DNA of 64,000 bases from Candidatus Spongiisociaceae bacterium (GCA_965262915.1 OZ253564.1:1184001-1248000); one strand, 5' to 3'; counted from the stretch's first letter, positions 30,945 through 41,704 are shown. Notes: a model not told the origin generated them from the sequence alone. Translations and numbers: made by a program.

Positions 30945-31822
30945 GCCGATCACGGATCCCATTCTCCCAGTCGTGGGACCGGCCTGCGTTGGCGCCCCCC
31001 GACGGTAAGCTGATCATCGTCCAGATCGTGGTCAACCTGGAACTGTGGCGCTTCGATGCAGCCCTGCCCAGGTCGCTGCTACCCGCGCCGCACGGCGAGC
31101 CCCGCATACCCGACGTGCCCAACTACTCCTGGGTGGAGTACGGGCTACGCAGCGGCTTGCCGCGCATCCTGCGTCTCTTCGGATCGCTCGGAGTGCCGGC
31201 CTCCGCCTCTGTCAACGCACTCCTCTTCCAGGCCGAGCCCGCCATCGGGGAGCGGATCGTCGAGGCCGGCTTGGAGATGGTGGGGCACGGGACCGAGCAA
31301 CGTGCTCTGGCTGCCCACACGGAACGGGATACGGTCCGCGCCACCCTCGATATGCTTGAGGAGTTCTCGGGTTCCCGGCCGCGGGGTTGGTTGGGCCCCG
31401 GACTACAGGAGACCTTCGAGACACCGGACGTTCTCGCCGAGGCCGGCATCGATTACGTCCTCGATTGGGCGGTTGACGACCTACCCGTCTGGATGGACAC
31501 CCGGCGCGGGCCACTGTTGGCGGTTCCCTACAACCTGGAGATCAACGACAGCCTGCTGTTCGGCGTCGAGAGGCACCCCTCTCGAGAGTTTGCGGTGCGG
31601 GTGGAAGACACCCTCAGGGTCTACGAGCAGGAGACCGGGTCGGAACCCCGGATCCTCACCCTCGGCCTGCATCCCCACCTGATCGGGATCCCCCATCGAT
31701 TCGTCTACCTCGAGCAGGTGCTGGGTGAGCTTGCTGCAAGGATCGATACGGTCTTCATGACCGGTTCGTCCATCGCCGACTGGTACCGGGCGGAGGTACC
31801 TCCAGAAGGGAGTCATCCATGA
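30941..31822 (+). CDS. Polysaccharide-deacetylase-fold protein (PuuE allantoinase-like)
   Basis: VNLELW, NYSWVEYGLRSG, GHG, PRGWLGP, DDLP, LHPHLIG.PHR. Confidence 0.9.
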   Translation: MSRSRIPFSQSWDRPALAPPDGKLIIVQIVVNLELWRFDAALPRSLLPAPHGEPRIPDVPNYSWVEYGLRSGLPRILRLFGSLGVPASASVNALLFQAEPAIGERIVEAGLEMVGHGTEQRALAAHTERDTVRATLDMLEEFSGSRPRGWLGPGLQETFETPDVLAEAGIDYVLDWAVDDLPVWMDTRRGPLLAVPYNLEINDSLLFGVERHPSREFAVRVEDTLRVYEQETGSEPRILTLGLHPHLIGIPHRFVYLEQVLGELAARIDTVFMTGSSIADWYRAEVPPEGSHP

Positions 31823-32133
31823 GCGTGGTGAAGATCAACGCCATCACGGTGCCGGACGGGATGGGTGGAGAACTGGAAGAGCGCTTTGCCAAGCGCGCTC
31901 ATCAGGTGGAGAGGATGGAAGGCTTCGAAGGGTTCGAGCTACTCCGACCTGTCGGCGGTGAGACCCGCTACTTCGTCTACACGAGATGGCGGTCGGAGGA
32001 GGACTTCCAGCGGTGGGTCAGCGGCCAGGAGTTCCGAAGGGGCCACTCGCAGTCCGATCCGGGATCCGAACGCCGGCCGGTCGGAATCGCTTCGGAGTTG
32101 CTCTCGTTCGAGGTGGTCGAGCACGTCGAGTAG
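31819..32133 (+). CDS. mhuD: ABM-family monooxygenase, MhuD-like heme-degrading enzyme
   Basis: MSVVKINAITVP...ELEERFAKRAH...GF.GFELLRP...RYFV.T.W...F..W...H...LL.FEVV parallels mycobacterial MhuD (recalled), retaining the Asn/Arg/Trp/His positions. Confidence 0.78.
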   Translation: MSVVKINAITVPDGMGGELEERFAKRAHQVERMEGFEGFELLRPVGGETRYFVYTRWRSEEDFQRWVSGQEFRRGHSQSDPGSERRPVGIASELLSFEVVEHVE

Positions 32134-32149
32134 ACGACGCCCCGACTAG

Positions 32150-32247
32150 GAGGGTGGTCTAAACGGTGGGGAGCAACGGCCCGTCTTCCTCTGAACTGGC
32201 ATTATGTCATCGGTCGACGGGCCGTGAAGGGGTTTCACACCACCCTC
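32150..32247. mobile_element. ~98-bp MITE, inverted copy of 5571-5669
   Basis: CTAG-GAGGGTGGTCTAAAC...GTTTCACACCACCCTC-CTAG. Confidence 0.85.
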
Positions 32248-32282
32248 CTAGGGCACGGGGTAGCCATCAGGTAGCCAGATCG

Positions 32283-32945
32283 CTAGGGCTTGGCTATGCC
32301 GAGTAGGGCAAGCAGCGCGACCAGGGTCCAGATGGTGAACACGAAGGGGTAGCTGCGCCGCATCGCCGAGCGCAAAGTGTCGTTGACAGTTGGGCTAGGT
32401 CCGTCGGACATAAGCTGAGCGAATGCCGGTCCGAACGGTTTGAGGGTGAGGCGGATCCCCGCTCCGGAGGCCACGATGATGCCGAACAGGCCGATCTTCA
32501 GAGCAAGCCAGTTCTGGCTGAACGGGGCATCCGTGATCAGGGACACGGCCCCCGTAAGGACCAGAACCACCACCAGCACCGCCCTGAACCACACGTCGAA
32601 GCGCTCGGCGGTGCGACCCGAGACCGTGCCGGTCCGGAAGCGGATGTACCAGGTCAGACCCAACCAGGCCAGACCGATTGCCCATACAAGAATCAGCCAG
32701 ATGCCCGTGATGGGGGAGATCCCGAGGGCGGCAGCCAGGGAGAAGCCGATCGGCAGCATCATCACGTGCGATGTCCGGGGCGCCATGTCGATGGTGAACA
32801 GGATCTTGGCGGCGATGGCCCGCCCGGGTACGGGAAGTTTCTCGTTGACGAGCGAGCGGGCCGAGATGAACACCCCGATATCGGCGCCCAGCCAGTAGAC
32901 GAACAGCAGCACGTGAACCCAGAGCAGTACTTCGTAGCCGGTCAT
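32283..32945 (-). CDS. Multi-pass membrane protein (DUF2269/CopD-like), paralogue of 1947-2654
   Basis: MTGYEVLLWVHVLLFVYWLGADIG...IDMAPR...WLALKIGLF. Confidence 0.8.
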   Translation of the reverse strand: MTGYEVLLWVHVLLFVYWLGADIGVFISARSLVNEKLPVPGRAIAAKILFTIDMAPRTSHVMMLPIGFSLAAALGISPITGIWLILVWAIGLAWLGLTWYIRFRTGTVSGRTAERFDVWFRAVLVVVLVLTGAVSLITDAPFSQNWLALKIGLFGIIVASGAGIRLTLKPFGPAFAQLMSDGPSPTVNDTLRSAMRRSYPFVFTIWTLVALLALLGIAKP

Positions 32946-33125
32946 CTTCGTATCGGGAACTTGAGGCGGGTCAGTTCGATGGCGTCGTAGTGGCAGAAGA
33001 AGCTGCAGTAGCCGCAGGCGTCGCAGTCGGCGGTGAAGCGGGCATCCCAGCGGCCCTCCTGGACGTCGTCGGGCTGGATGTCGATGAACGCCATTACCGG
33101 GTTGAACTGCTGGGACTTCACCCAG
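32942..33125 (-). pseudogene. C-terminal half of a 4Fe-4S dicluster ferredoxin (not in ORF track)
   Basis: Alternative frame SWVKSQQFNPVMAFIDI...DCDACGYCSFFCHYDAIEL...* whose TGA overlaps the next ATG. Confidence 0.75.
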
Positions 33126-33665
33126 GAACCCGGTCGGCGTCATACCGTGCGAATCCAGGAAGGCAGCCATATCGCCGGTCTGCGTCCGCGTACCGCGTAT
33201 CAACTGGATCAGGTTGACCGGCACCGAGTCGGGTGCTTCGAACACCACCTCGGTAGGAGATCCGACCGCCTCGCTCATCTCGTAGGTGGTCGGCCGGCTC
33301 CAGAACCGATACCCGGCGCCGCGGAGCCGCAGGGCTGTGTCGTGGATGTGGTTGTTGTAGAAGTTGAGGTTTCCGAGACCGATCCAGGTCGTTTCGCGAC
33401 CGGCACGAACCTCTTGGCGGGAGTCGGCATGGAACTTCACCAGCATGACCCGGCCCACCCGGCTGCCTGGGAAGGTCGCTAGGACCGCTTCGGCTTCCGA
33501 ACCCGGCGGACATTGCCATTGAGCAGCCAGAGACCCGCCGGACCACGGTTGGCTATCGGTCACGGTAAGGCCGATCACGTCCCGGTAGAACGTCAACGAT
33601 TGCTCCATGTCTGCCACGCCGATGAACGAAATCCCGAGGGCGGAGCGGGCTTTATGGCTGGTCAA
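33126..33665 (-). pseudogene. VOC family protein, N-terminal domain only
   Basis: AAGGAG RBS; IGVADMEQSLTFYRDVIGL, GRVMLVKF, NLNFY; close paralogue of 7639. Confidence 0.8.
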
Positions 33666-33863
33666 TCTCGTTCTCCTTGTGGTCGGCGGTCCGTGTGCTG
33701 TCGACCTTTCTCCCTATCGGCGGCCGGTCGTCGCTGGATCGGCCCTCGCGGGGGTTTCACCGGCTTCCTGCGGAACTGTAGAGGCTCTACCCCACCTGGT
33801 CGGCTCTCGCGATGATTGGCCCGTGTGGGTACCAATCGGGAGATGCTCATGCCTTTCGATTGG

Positions 33864-34165
33864 TCACTGCCGGATATCGAGGATCAGCCCGACGGTTTCT
33901 CGGATGCGGGTGAGGATGACCGACCCAACGTTTCCTCGTACCCGGTTGATCCGAGCGGTCGAGACAGTTCGGATGTGCTGACATTGGGCGACGGATGGAC
34001 TCTCAAGCCCGTTGTGAGGATCAGGCTCGACTCCGACCTCAGATCCGTACCCGCGAATGGTGGTCGTCAGAGGTACAACATGAACGACGCTGGTCGTTTT
34101 CTGAGGATGGTCTGCGCAGTTACCAGTACCGCTGGATGGCGGAAGCTGGCCTTCCTCGCAAGGCC
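33864..34165 (-). pseudogene. mazF: PemK/MazF toxin, frameshifted and N-truncated
   Basis: RHPAVLV / VVPLTT, SVAQCQHIRTVS..RI...G. Confidence 0.75.
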
Positions 34166-34206
34166 CGCCGACGGGCGTACCGGTAGCGTATCCCCCAGGT
34201 ACCGTT

Positions 34207-36651
34207 ATGACGCTGGGCGGCCCAGGCTGCCTGCGGTGGGGTGGCTGAGGGGAACAGAGGAACCGGATGGCGATGGCGGTCATGTTCAACGCTGTGCTGT
34301 TCCAGTCCCACATCGCCAGCCACCACCCCACGGTGCTGTCACCCACCCAGATGATTCACCTGGGCCACGTCGACCAGCATCAGGTCTTGGTCCAGTGGGC
34401 CCACATATTGGAGATCAACTATTGGCCGATCTACGCCGTGTCGGAGAGGCTGCTGGGGGACTGCATCAGCGACGAGGCAGCCGCCGAGAGCTTGTTGGGT
34501 GTCTTGTACGAAGCGGCGGCTCGGATCGCTGGGAGACCGGAGGCGGGTGGTTTGGTCGGCCGCTTGTTCGGGGAACTGATCGGAGACCGCAAGTTCTTGG
34601 CCACGTTTTACACCTTCCCGCTTCAGCAGTGTTTTTGGCGGAACTCGCGGTCGGTCGTCTCGACGTGGATTGGGCCGACCCTGGGGTGGTAGCCGGCCTG
34701 CGGGTGGGGGACATGGCATGCGGTACGGGGGCGTTGCTGACAGCGGTGTACCGACGGGTGGCGGAACGGCATCGGGTAGCGGGAGGCGACGAAGCCGACA
34801 TTCACCGGGGCCTGGTCGAAGATGTGCTCATCGGCTGTGACATTATGCCCGCCGGCGGTGCACCTGACCGCTGCCCGCCTGTCCGGGGAACGTCCCGACA
34901 TTGACTACTCGGGAACAAAAGCCTGGATCCTGCCCTACGGTGAGGTGTCGACCCCGACCGGCCCGGGTGATCAAGATCGGGTCTTTGGATCTGTTACGCG
35001 GTAACGAAACCGGCGCCCTGTGGGGAGACGGCACATCTGCTGTGACAGCTCACGGCGACGCCGCGAGCACCACCGCCGATATTCCTAACGGATCCCTCGA
35101 TGTGGTCATCATGAACCACCGTTCACCCGACCCACCAACCATGAGGCCATCCACGACCCCGACATTCCGGTCCCGTCGTTTGCCGGTTTCGCCAACGACG
35201 CCCAAGCGCAGAAGGCCATGGCGAAAGTGCTCACGGCCGTCAAGCGTCGCCTACCGAAACCGGTCGCGGGGCATGGGAACGCTGGTCTAGCGACGAACTT
35301 TGTTGATCTCGCCCACGCCAAACTGAAACCCGGCGGTGTGCTGGCTCTCATAGTCCCCGTCAAGATCATGGAAGGAACGGGCTGGGAGAACACCAGAAAG
35401 CTGCTCGCCCACAGCTACGAGAACATCGCCGCGGTGACCATATCGTCCGACCGAGACATCACCTCCGAGTCGCGGGCGTTCTCAGCCGACACCGGCATCG
35501 CAGAAGCGATCATCGTTGCCACCCGCCGAGCCGGCGAGGACACCCACCTCGGGCAGACTGTTAGCAACCGGCCGGTGGACACCGCCTATGCCATCCTGCA
35601 TGGCAGGCCCGCCACGTCCGCGGCCGCCGTCGAAGCAGCCCGCACCATAGCGGCCGACATCAGCGGACTGCGATCACTGTCGGTCGGTGACCAGGCCATC
35701 GGGTGGGCTATCACCGGGAAGCTCGACCCGTCCGGAGGCGGGCACCCAAGCGGCGTCTCAAACCCGGCCCTAGCACAAGCAGCTCTGTCGCTCACCGAAG
35801 GCCGGCTTGCCCTACCACCCCATGAGACCCTCAGCCTGGCTATCACCCCAGTCCGCGACTTGGGTAACCGCGGGCCGGTTGATCGGGATATCAACGGCAA
35901 AACACCCAGCGGCGGTAACCGGGGCCCGTTCGACGTTGAGAAACTGGACAACCGAAGCGCGTACAAGTTGGCTAACTGGCCGATGCTGTGATCCCACGAC
36001 AACCGACACGAGACCACCCTGGTAGTGCTGCCCTGCTCACAAGGGGCCGTCCGTCCAGGTATGAACGAAGCAGCCCGCAAGCTATGGGACGGGTACGAAC
36101 ACCAGGATGGTGAACCGATAGCAGCAGCCGGCCGTTTCCACATCAACTACGACTTCCGGTTTAATGCGCAGCCTCTCGGTGCCTGCCTAACCCCCGTCCC
36201 CGCCATCGGCGGCCGGGCCTGGCCATCGTTCGCGCCCACACCCACCAACAGCCCGGACGTGAACCATTGGGAAAAGGCCTTGGCGCTGTGGCTGAACACC
36301 ACCCTCGGGCTCGTAGCCCGCTGGTGGGTATCGAGCCGTCAGCAACATGGGCGGGCGAGCCTTACGGTCACAACAATCGGGAGTATTCCCGTGCTCGATC
36401 TCCGTGAGATCCCCCCGACCCGAGTGAGACGCCTTGCCGCAGAGTCCGACCGCTTCGCCGGCGAAAGTCTCCTGCCGGCTAACGAAGTCTTCCGTGACGA
36501 CACCCGCCAAGGAATAGACCGGGCTGTCCTCTGCGACGTTCTCGGACTACCCGAAAGCATCCTCGGTCCGCTCGCGACGCTGCGCCTGCAGTGGTGTACA
36601 GAACCCTCGGTACAAGGAAGCAAACGTACCGGCCCATCGGGCAGCGGATAG
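34207..36651 (+). pseudogene. Type IIG-like restriction-modification N6-methyltransferase, multiply disrupted
   Basis: ATFYT, DMACGTGALL, DVVIMN(PPF) split by a frameshift, LKPGGVLALIVP, AFSADTG; internal TGA at 35989. Confidence 0.8.
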
Positions 36652-36889
36652 GCCAGCACCTCTCGTGTCGGAGTAAGCCCCGCTCGCCCGGCCTCGTCAG
36701 ATCGGCACGTCGATTCCTGATCCCGCCTCACAAACCGTTCGTCCATCGGCCTTCCTGTACGTGCCGGCGTGCTCCCGGCCCCTAAAACGGCTCCTAGCCG
36801 CTTGCGTTACGTTGGTTAACGACCCCAGGTCGGAGTTGGCCGGTTTGGAACGGTTCCCGACGGAAACAGGCCAAATCCTCGAGGGGTAG

Positions 36890-37135
36890 GGCCGCTACGA
36901 ACCAGCGGACCCTCCGGATCCGAAACTGGCCGAACACGCACGGGACGCCCTCGAAGCATTCCGAGAAAGAGAGGCCGGATGCGCGCACCTGTGCGGATGT
37001 TGGCGGGCGTCGTCGGTGGTGGACTCGACGATCCGGATCGCTCTCGAACTCGGCGGCTGGACCGTCCGGGGCCTCGCCGCCCACATAGGGGTTTCTCCGG
37101 GCCTGATCCAGAAGCGGGCCGGACGATCCGGGTAG
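36890..37135 (+). pseudogene. Startless HTH gene remnant with CxHxCxC motif, copy 1
   Basis: ...AFREREAGCAHLCGCWRASSVVDST...ELGGWTVRGLAAHIGVSPGLIQKRAGR; homologous to 40840-41037. Confidence 0.5.
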
Positions 37136-37170
37136 CCCCTCGACCTGGTGGTCCTGGTGATACTTGGCCC

Positions 37171-37891
37171 ATGGAAACGATTGAGATTGAGCAAGTCTTG
37201 GAATGGGCCGAGGGCCACGTTGAGGACCTCAGCAAAGAGATGCAGTGGGTGAGAGGTACCGGAAGGTACGGCTATTGGTCAACCCCTTTTCAAGGGGCTC
37301 AGGGCAGGGTCCGGACGCGGGCGACTTCTGCGGTGGCCTTCTTGGAGCAATTTCACCGGAACTGGATCTCGCTGGTCCATGAGCGCTCGCGAGGTGTTCA
37401 ACAATAAGGGCGAGAAGCAGTCGATGGAAAGCGGCGCACGCGCGGTAGGCGACGTGATCGCGGAGTGGGTTCGCATGGTCTGCTCCGGCCACGTGAAGCC
37501 CAGGCTCGTCGAATCGTTCAGCGTTAGCGCTGCAGCCTCAACGGATCTGCTTGAGCAGGTCCGGGCTCTGAATGCGGACAAAGGAGTTGTCCCGGCCGCT
37601 CCGATCGTATTGGCTGGAGTAGCTCTTGAGATCGCACTTCGGTCCGCGGTCGAGGAACTCGGTCTCACCGTCGAGGGACGGCCAAGCATCGATGCTTATG
37701 CCAAGGCGCTCCGCCAAGCCGATGTACTGAATAAGCAGGGCATCAAAGAGGTCACGCAGATGGCGGGCCTTCGCAACGACGCCGCGCATGGACATCACGA
37801 GATGCTCAGCCGCAAGGGAGCGACCTTGATGGAACAGCAAGTGAACCTCTTCCTCGCCCGGCTGGAGCACGCCGTCCAGCAGTCGAGCTGA
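37171..37891 (+). pseudogene. Hypothetical protein with a C-terminal HEPN/DUF4145-like motif, frameshift near 37355
   Basis: METIEIEQVLEW... then LAGVALEIALR...LRNDAAHG (RxxxxH). Confidence 0.6.
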
Positions 37892-38208
37892 ACCCAAGCC
37901 GCTGCCCAACCAGAAACTCAAACAAGGCTGATTTCGGGGAGCTTTCCCGGTGGAGGCGTGGTACTAACAGTGGGACGTGACTACTCCGCTGTTGCCTGGT
38001 CTAGCCGGTTACCTGGCTGTTCACCACCTGTAGCAACGGACACCCCTTCCGCTGGGGCGCTTTACTCGGTCGGCGAAGCGATTCGTAGGGTCTGTTGTAG
38101 CGGGCTACGTGGTCTGGTTGCTTACTCGGCTCTGAAGCGTGGCCCTTATCCTTTGGAGTACTACCAACTTGGGGAGAGAAACGTGACCGACGTGGGTGAC
38201 GAGGGACT

Positions 38209-38802
38209 ATGAGGGCTGGCAACAGTGTCAGTCTCGCCGTCACCGTCGCCGTCGCCCTGACCATCGTTGCTGTCTCGTGCGGACGTGGCAGCGAGGACAT
38301 AAGTAACCCTGACCTGTCGCCAGCGACCCCGGACCTGTCGCCAGCGACAACAAGTGAGACCCAGAGCAATCCGGACCCGTCCTCAGCGACAAGAGCGGAC
38401 CTGTCCCCAGCGACAAGAATTGAGCTCCAGGCCCGCGCTTTGTCTGCTGCCTGTTTTTCGGTGTCCTGTGACACGAAGCCCGTGTACGCGTACCTACATG
38501 CTGGCCCCGACGTGAGGGCCGCGCTGGAGGATGCGTTTGGAACGGATGTCGAGTTTCTCTCATACCAAGAACTCCGGGATGCGACTAGGTCTAATAGCAC
38601 CTATGCCTACGGGGCAACTCTCTTTGACGTGATGCGGCGGACTTATCTCCCAGCGGACGGTGTAGCAGCTGTCGATATCTGGATAGGAGAGGGTTTCGGT
38701 ATCGGGAGAGGAACCACGTTCCTGTTCAGGTGGAGCGGTGCAGGGTGGGAGCCGGTAACGCCTGCCGAAGCTGGCGTTACCGTGACGAGCGCCGTGACGT
38801 AG
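38209..38802 (+). CDS. Putative lipoprotein with PDLSPAT repeats
   Basis: Hydrophobic signal + VAVSC lipobox; repeated GACCTGTC(G/C)CCAGCGAC. Confidence 0.7.
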   Translation: MRAGNSVSLAVTVAVALTIVAVSCGRGSEDISNPDLSPATPDLSPATTSETQSNPDPSSATRADLSPATRIELQARALSAACFSVSCDTKPVYAYLHAGPDVRAALEDAFGTDVEFLSYQELRDATRSNSTYAYGATLFDVMRRTYLPADGVAAVDIWIGEGFGIGRGTTFLFRWSGAGWEPVTPAEAGVTVTSAVT

Positions 38803-39066
38803 CATCCGCCCCTCACCTCAGTACCCCAGCACGTGGAGAGGGAAGGCCTAGTCCGGGGCAGGCCTAAGCCGAAGCCGTGGCGGGCCGGAACTCGGGGGGA
38901 CTCCGCCACGCTTCATACGCGGCTTTCGTCGGCACCGATCTCCTTGCAGGTAGGGCACGAGGCTCCGGCGGAAGAAGTCGTCGTCGAGGACGGCGGGAGC
39001 GAAAGATCCGGTTCGTGGCCACCGCCCGGCCGAACGTGCTACCCAGGGGGTGGGACACCACCGGTT

Positions 39067-39108
39067 GCAGCGGACCACCCTTCTGGGGTCCGCTGCGGGG
39101 CTTTTTTT
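39067..39108 (+). terminator. Intrinsic terminator/attenuator-like hairpin
   Basis: GCAGCGGACC...GGTCCGCTGC stem followed by a T7 run, 20 bp before the ATG at 39129. Confidence 0.55.
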
Positions 39109-39128
39109 CGTCCCGTTACACTGACGGT

Positions 39129-40025
39129 ATGAGCCATGCCGAATCGCTGGGGCGGCCGGAATGGGTCTCCGGCGAGATGTTCCCGTTCGAGAGCCGGTTC
39201 TTCACCACAGCGCAGGCACATCAGATGCACTACGTCGACGAGGGCGACGGCGAGCCCGTTGTCTTCGTCCACGGCAATCCGGCCTGGTCCTTCGAGTTCC
39301 GCCATCTGATCACCGGGCTCCGGCCCCAGTATCGATGCATCGCCGCGGATCACATCGGTTTCGGGCTGTCGTCGCGTAGCAACCGTCCCGACGACCACCA
39401 CCCCCGGGCCCACGCGGCCGCGTTCGAGGCCCTGATGTTGGACTTAGACGTCGGGGACGCGACCCTCTTTCTGACCGACTGGGGCGGGCCGATCGGGTTG
39501 GACTTCGCGCGCAGGCACCCGGAACGGGTGAGGCGGCTCGTGATCGCTAACACATGGTGCTGGCCGGTCAACCGCGACTTCCACTTCTGGTTCTTCAGCT
39601 CTGTGATGTCGAGCTTTGTCGGCCAGTATTTGATCAAGAAGCGCAACTTCTTCGTGAATGGGGTGATGCTCAGGGCGGTGGGCGACAAGCAGATCCTCAC
39701 TCCTGAGGTCATGAGCCACTATCGCAACGCCCAGCCCACCCCGGAGGCCCGAGCCGCCAATGCAGCGCTGCCCGGCTACATCGTCGGGGCCTCCGAGTGG
39801 CTCCAGTCGATCTGGGGCGACCGGGACACCTTCGTGGACAAGCCGTCGCTGATCCTTTGGGGCGCGAAGGACATCGCGTTCCGGACCAAGGAACTGGAAC
39901 GCTGGAAGACCGAGCTCTCGCAATGCGAGGCCCATGTGTTCGCCGACTGCGGGCATTTCGTCGCGGAGGAAGCGCCGCACAGGGTGCTTCCACTGCTTCA
40001 GCAATGGATGTCAACATCCAGCTGA
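39129..40025 (+). CDS. Haloalkane dehalogenase/OleB-like alpha/beta hydrolase
   Basis: MHYVDEG, HGNPAWS, DHIGFGLS, DWGGPIG (Asp nucleophile), GHFVAEE. Confidence 0.88.
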   Translation: MSHAESLGRPEWVSGEMFPFESRFFTTAQAHQMHYVDEGDGEPVVFVHGNPAWSFEFRHLITGLRPQYRCIAADHIGFGLSSRSNRPDDHHPRAHAAAFEALMLDLDVGDATLFLTDWGGPIGLDFARRHPERVRRLVIANTWCWPVNRDFHFWFFSSVMSSFVGQYLIKKRNFFVNGVMLRAVGDKQILTPEVMSHYRNAQPTPEARAANAALPGYIVGASEWLQSIWGDRDTFVDKPSLILWGAKDIAFRTKELERWKTELSQCEAHVFADCGHFVAEEAPHRVLPLLQQWMSTSS

Positions 40026-40839
40026 GGAACCAGATCGCACAGGAAGCGTTGACTCCCTGAACGGAAGGGCCCGGACTTAGAAGTCGGCTCCGGCCAAGCC
40101 GAGGCTGGATCCTGCCCGTCCATCCCGTCGCTGTTCCGGCTGTTCCTGGGTTTGTTCCTGGGCCTGCTTAGGCGTCTACCTCAAAGGGCCGTAGCGCCTT
40201 GAGGAAAAGAACCGGCGACGGACCACCCTTCCGCTGGGGGCTCGTGTCGGTGGTGTGGTCTCGACGACGGGCGACCTAATGGTGGTCATCCAATATCGGC
40301 TCTTGCTCGTGTCGCTGTGGGTGCTGGTGGACAAAGACGCGCCGGCGGCGGATCGGGAGTGGTGGTCGATGGTGTCCCGCATCCGGCGAGCCCGCGGGTA
40401 GAGCGGCGTTGTGGGCCCGGGAGCCTCGGGCCGTTTCTCCCCACATAACGGCCCCTCCTACCTACTGGCGTGCTCCCGACCTCTGAAAGGACTCGGGGGG
40501 CTTGACCGGCCGCCGACAGCGGTTACCCGCCCGATGGTCTCACCAGCCTCGGCGGTTCCGTTTGGGTGGGTGTCGGAGGGGGGAGTGGAGGTGGCAGTGG
40601 TCGGTCGGGTTGTAGATGGACAGGCGCGCCGTGCAGCTGTCGGTGGCGCAGTAGCGGCCGGGGGGATATGTGGGTGGTGGGCGCCCTGGGGGGCGGACTC
40701 TGCTCATAGGGGGTTCACGGTACTCGTTTTGTTTAGCTGTGACCGAGGGCTATCGGTTCGACGTTGCATAGCTGGTTGAAGCTGTCCCGGTGTACACCGG
40801 CGCTGACCTGGGGTTTTGTAGGTTGAATCTTGCCGATCC

Positions 40840-41037
40840 GCCCTCGTTGGGGAATCGCTAGCGTCGTTCCGGGAAATCGAGGCGGGCTGCGTCCATCTGT
40901 GCGGCTGCCGTCGGGCTAGTTCGGTGTTGGACTCGACGAGGCGGGCCGCGTTCGAGCTGGGCGGCTGGACCGTCCGGGGCCTCGCCAAGGCGATTAACGT
41001 GTCACCGGCCCTGATTCAGAAACGGGCCGGACGATGA
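40840..41037 (+). pseudogene. Startless HTH gene remnant with CxHxCxC motif, copy 2
   Basis: ...SFREIEAGCVHLCGCRRASSVLDST...ELGGWTVRGLAKAINVSPALIQKRAGR*. Confidence 0.5.
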
Positions 41038-41530
41038 AGGCCTGGTGGTTTCGCCTGGTCCCGCCCGGTGTCCTGGATCGGTGATAATACGGGCCGTCTC
41101 CGGCAGGGCACCAGGTGCGGCCGATGCCCGGAAACGCGGGAGTTCGTCTACTAGCCCGGTCTCCGCTGACCATCGTTGCCGGGAACAGGACGATGACGAC
41201 CCCACCCCAGCCCTACCCCAACCCCCTCTCATGATCGGATGGTCGGGTACCCAATTCGGGAGGGAGGGGTGAACCCGTGCAAACTGGGGTGGGCAGGCTG
41301 TCTAGGTCGTATTCGGACCCTCCCGGGCCTTAGATCGGCTTGTAGACCTTTGGGTCGTGTTGGTTAGCGTTCCGAACACGGTTTCTGGGGTGTTACCGCC
41401 CGAAACCCCCTCGAGGAGTTTCGCCGCCACGGCGTGCTGAGGGAACCGGTTACCGGGCTGTTCGCCGGGTGGCGACGGATCACCTTTCCGCTGGAGGGAC
41501 TCAGGGGGAGTTAGGGCTGGTCGGGGTGTT

Positions 41531-41704
41531 TCAGGACAGCCAGCGCCGCAGCTCCCCGTCCAGGTTCTCGCCGGCGTGGGGGATGACCCCGGATGCGGTG
41601 TGTAGCTGTCCGTCGGCGTCTACGGTGACGGCCGGGGTCGGGCCGCCGTCTAGGACTTCGATGTGTCCGTTTTGGTTGATGTGGGACAGCACGCTTACAG
41701 CCAC
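41531..41704 (-). CDS. 57-aa hypothetical protein (below ORF-track cutoff)
   Basis: GAAAGGGA RBS 5 nt before GTG; MAVSVLSHINQNGHIEVLDGG...ELRRWLS*. Confidence 0.45.
   Translation of the reverse strand: MAVSVLSHINQNGHIEVLDGGPTPAVTVDADGQLHTASGVIPHAGENLDGELRRWLS

Noticed and set aside
7449-35991. Selenocysteine at the other in-frame TGAs (7449, 12526, 35989)
   Set aside because: They are not at Cys or redox positions (likely Arg/Leu/Trp columns), and the genes carry further lesions.
38830-39115. c-di-AMP (ydaO) or T-box riboswitch call
   Set aside because: Only partial motif resemblance; GGGGTGAATC and a proper GGTGGNACC are absent. Kept only as an unassigned structured region.
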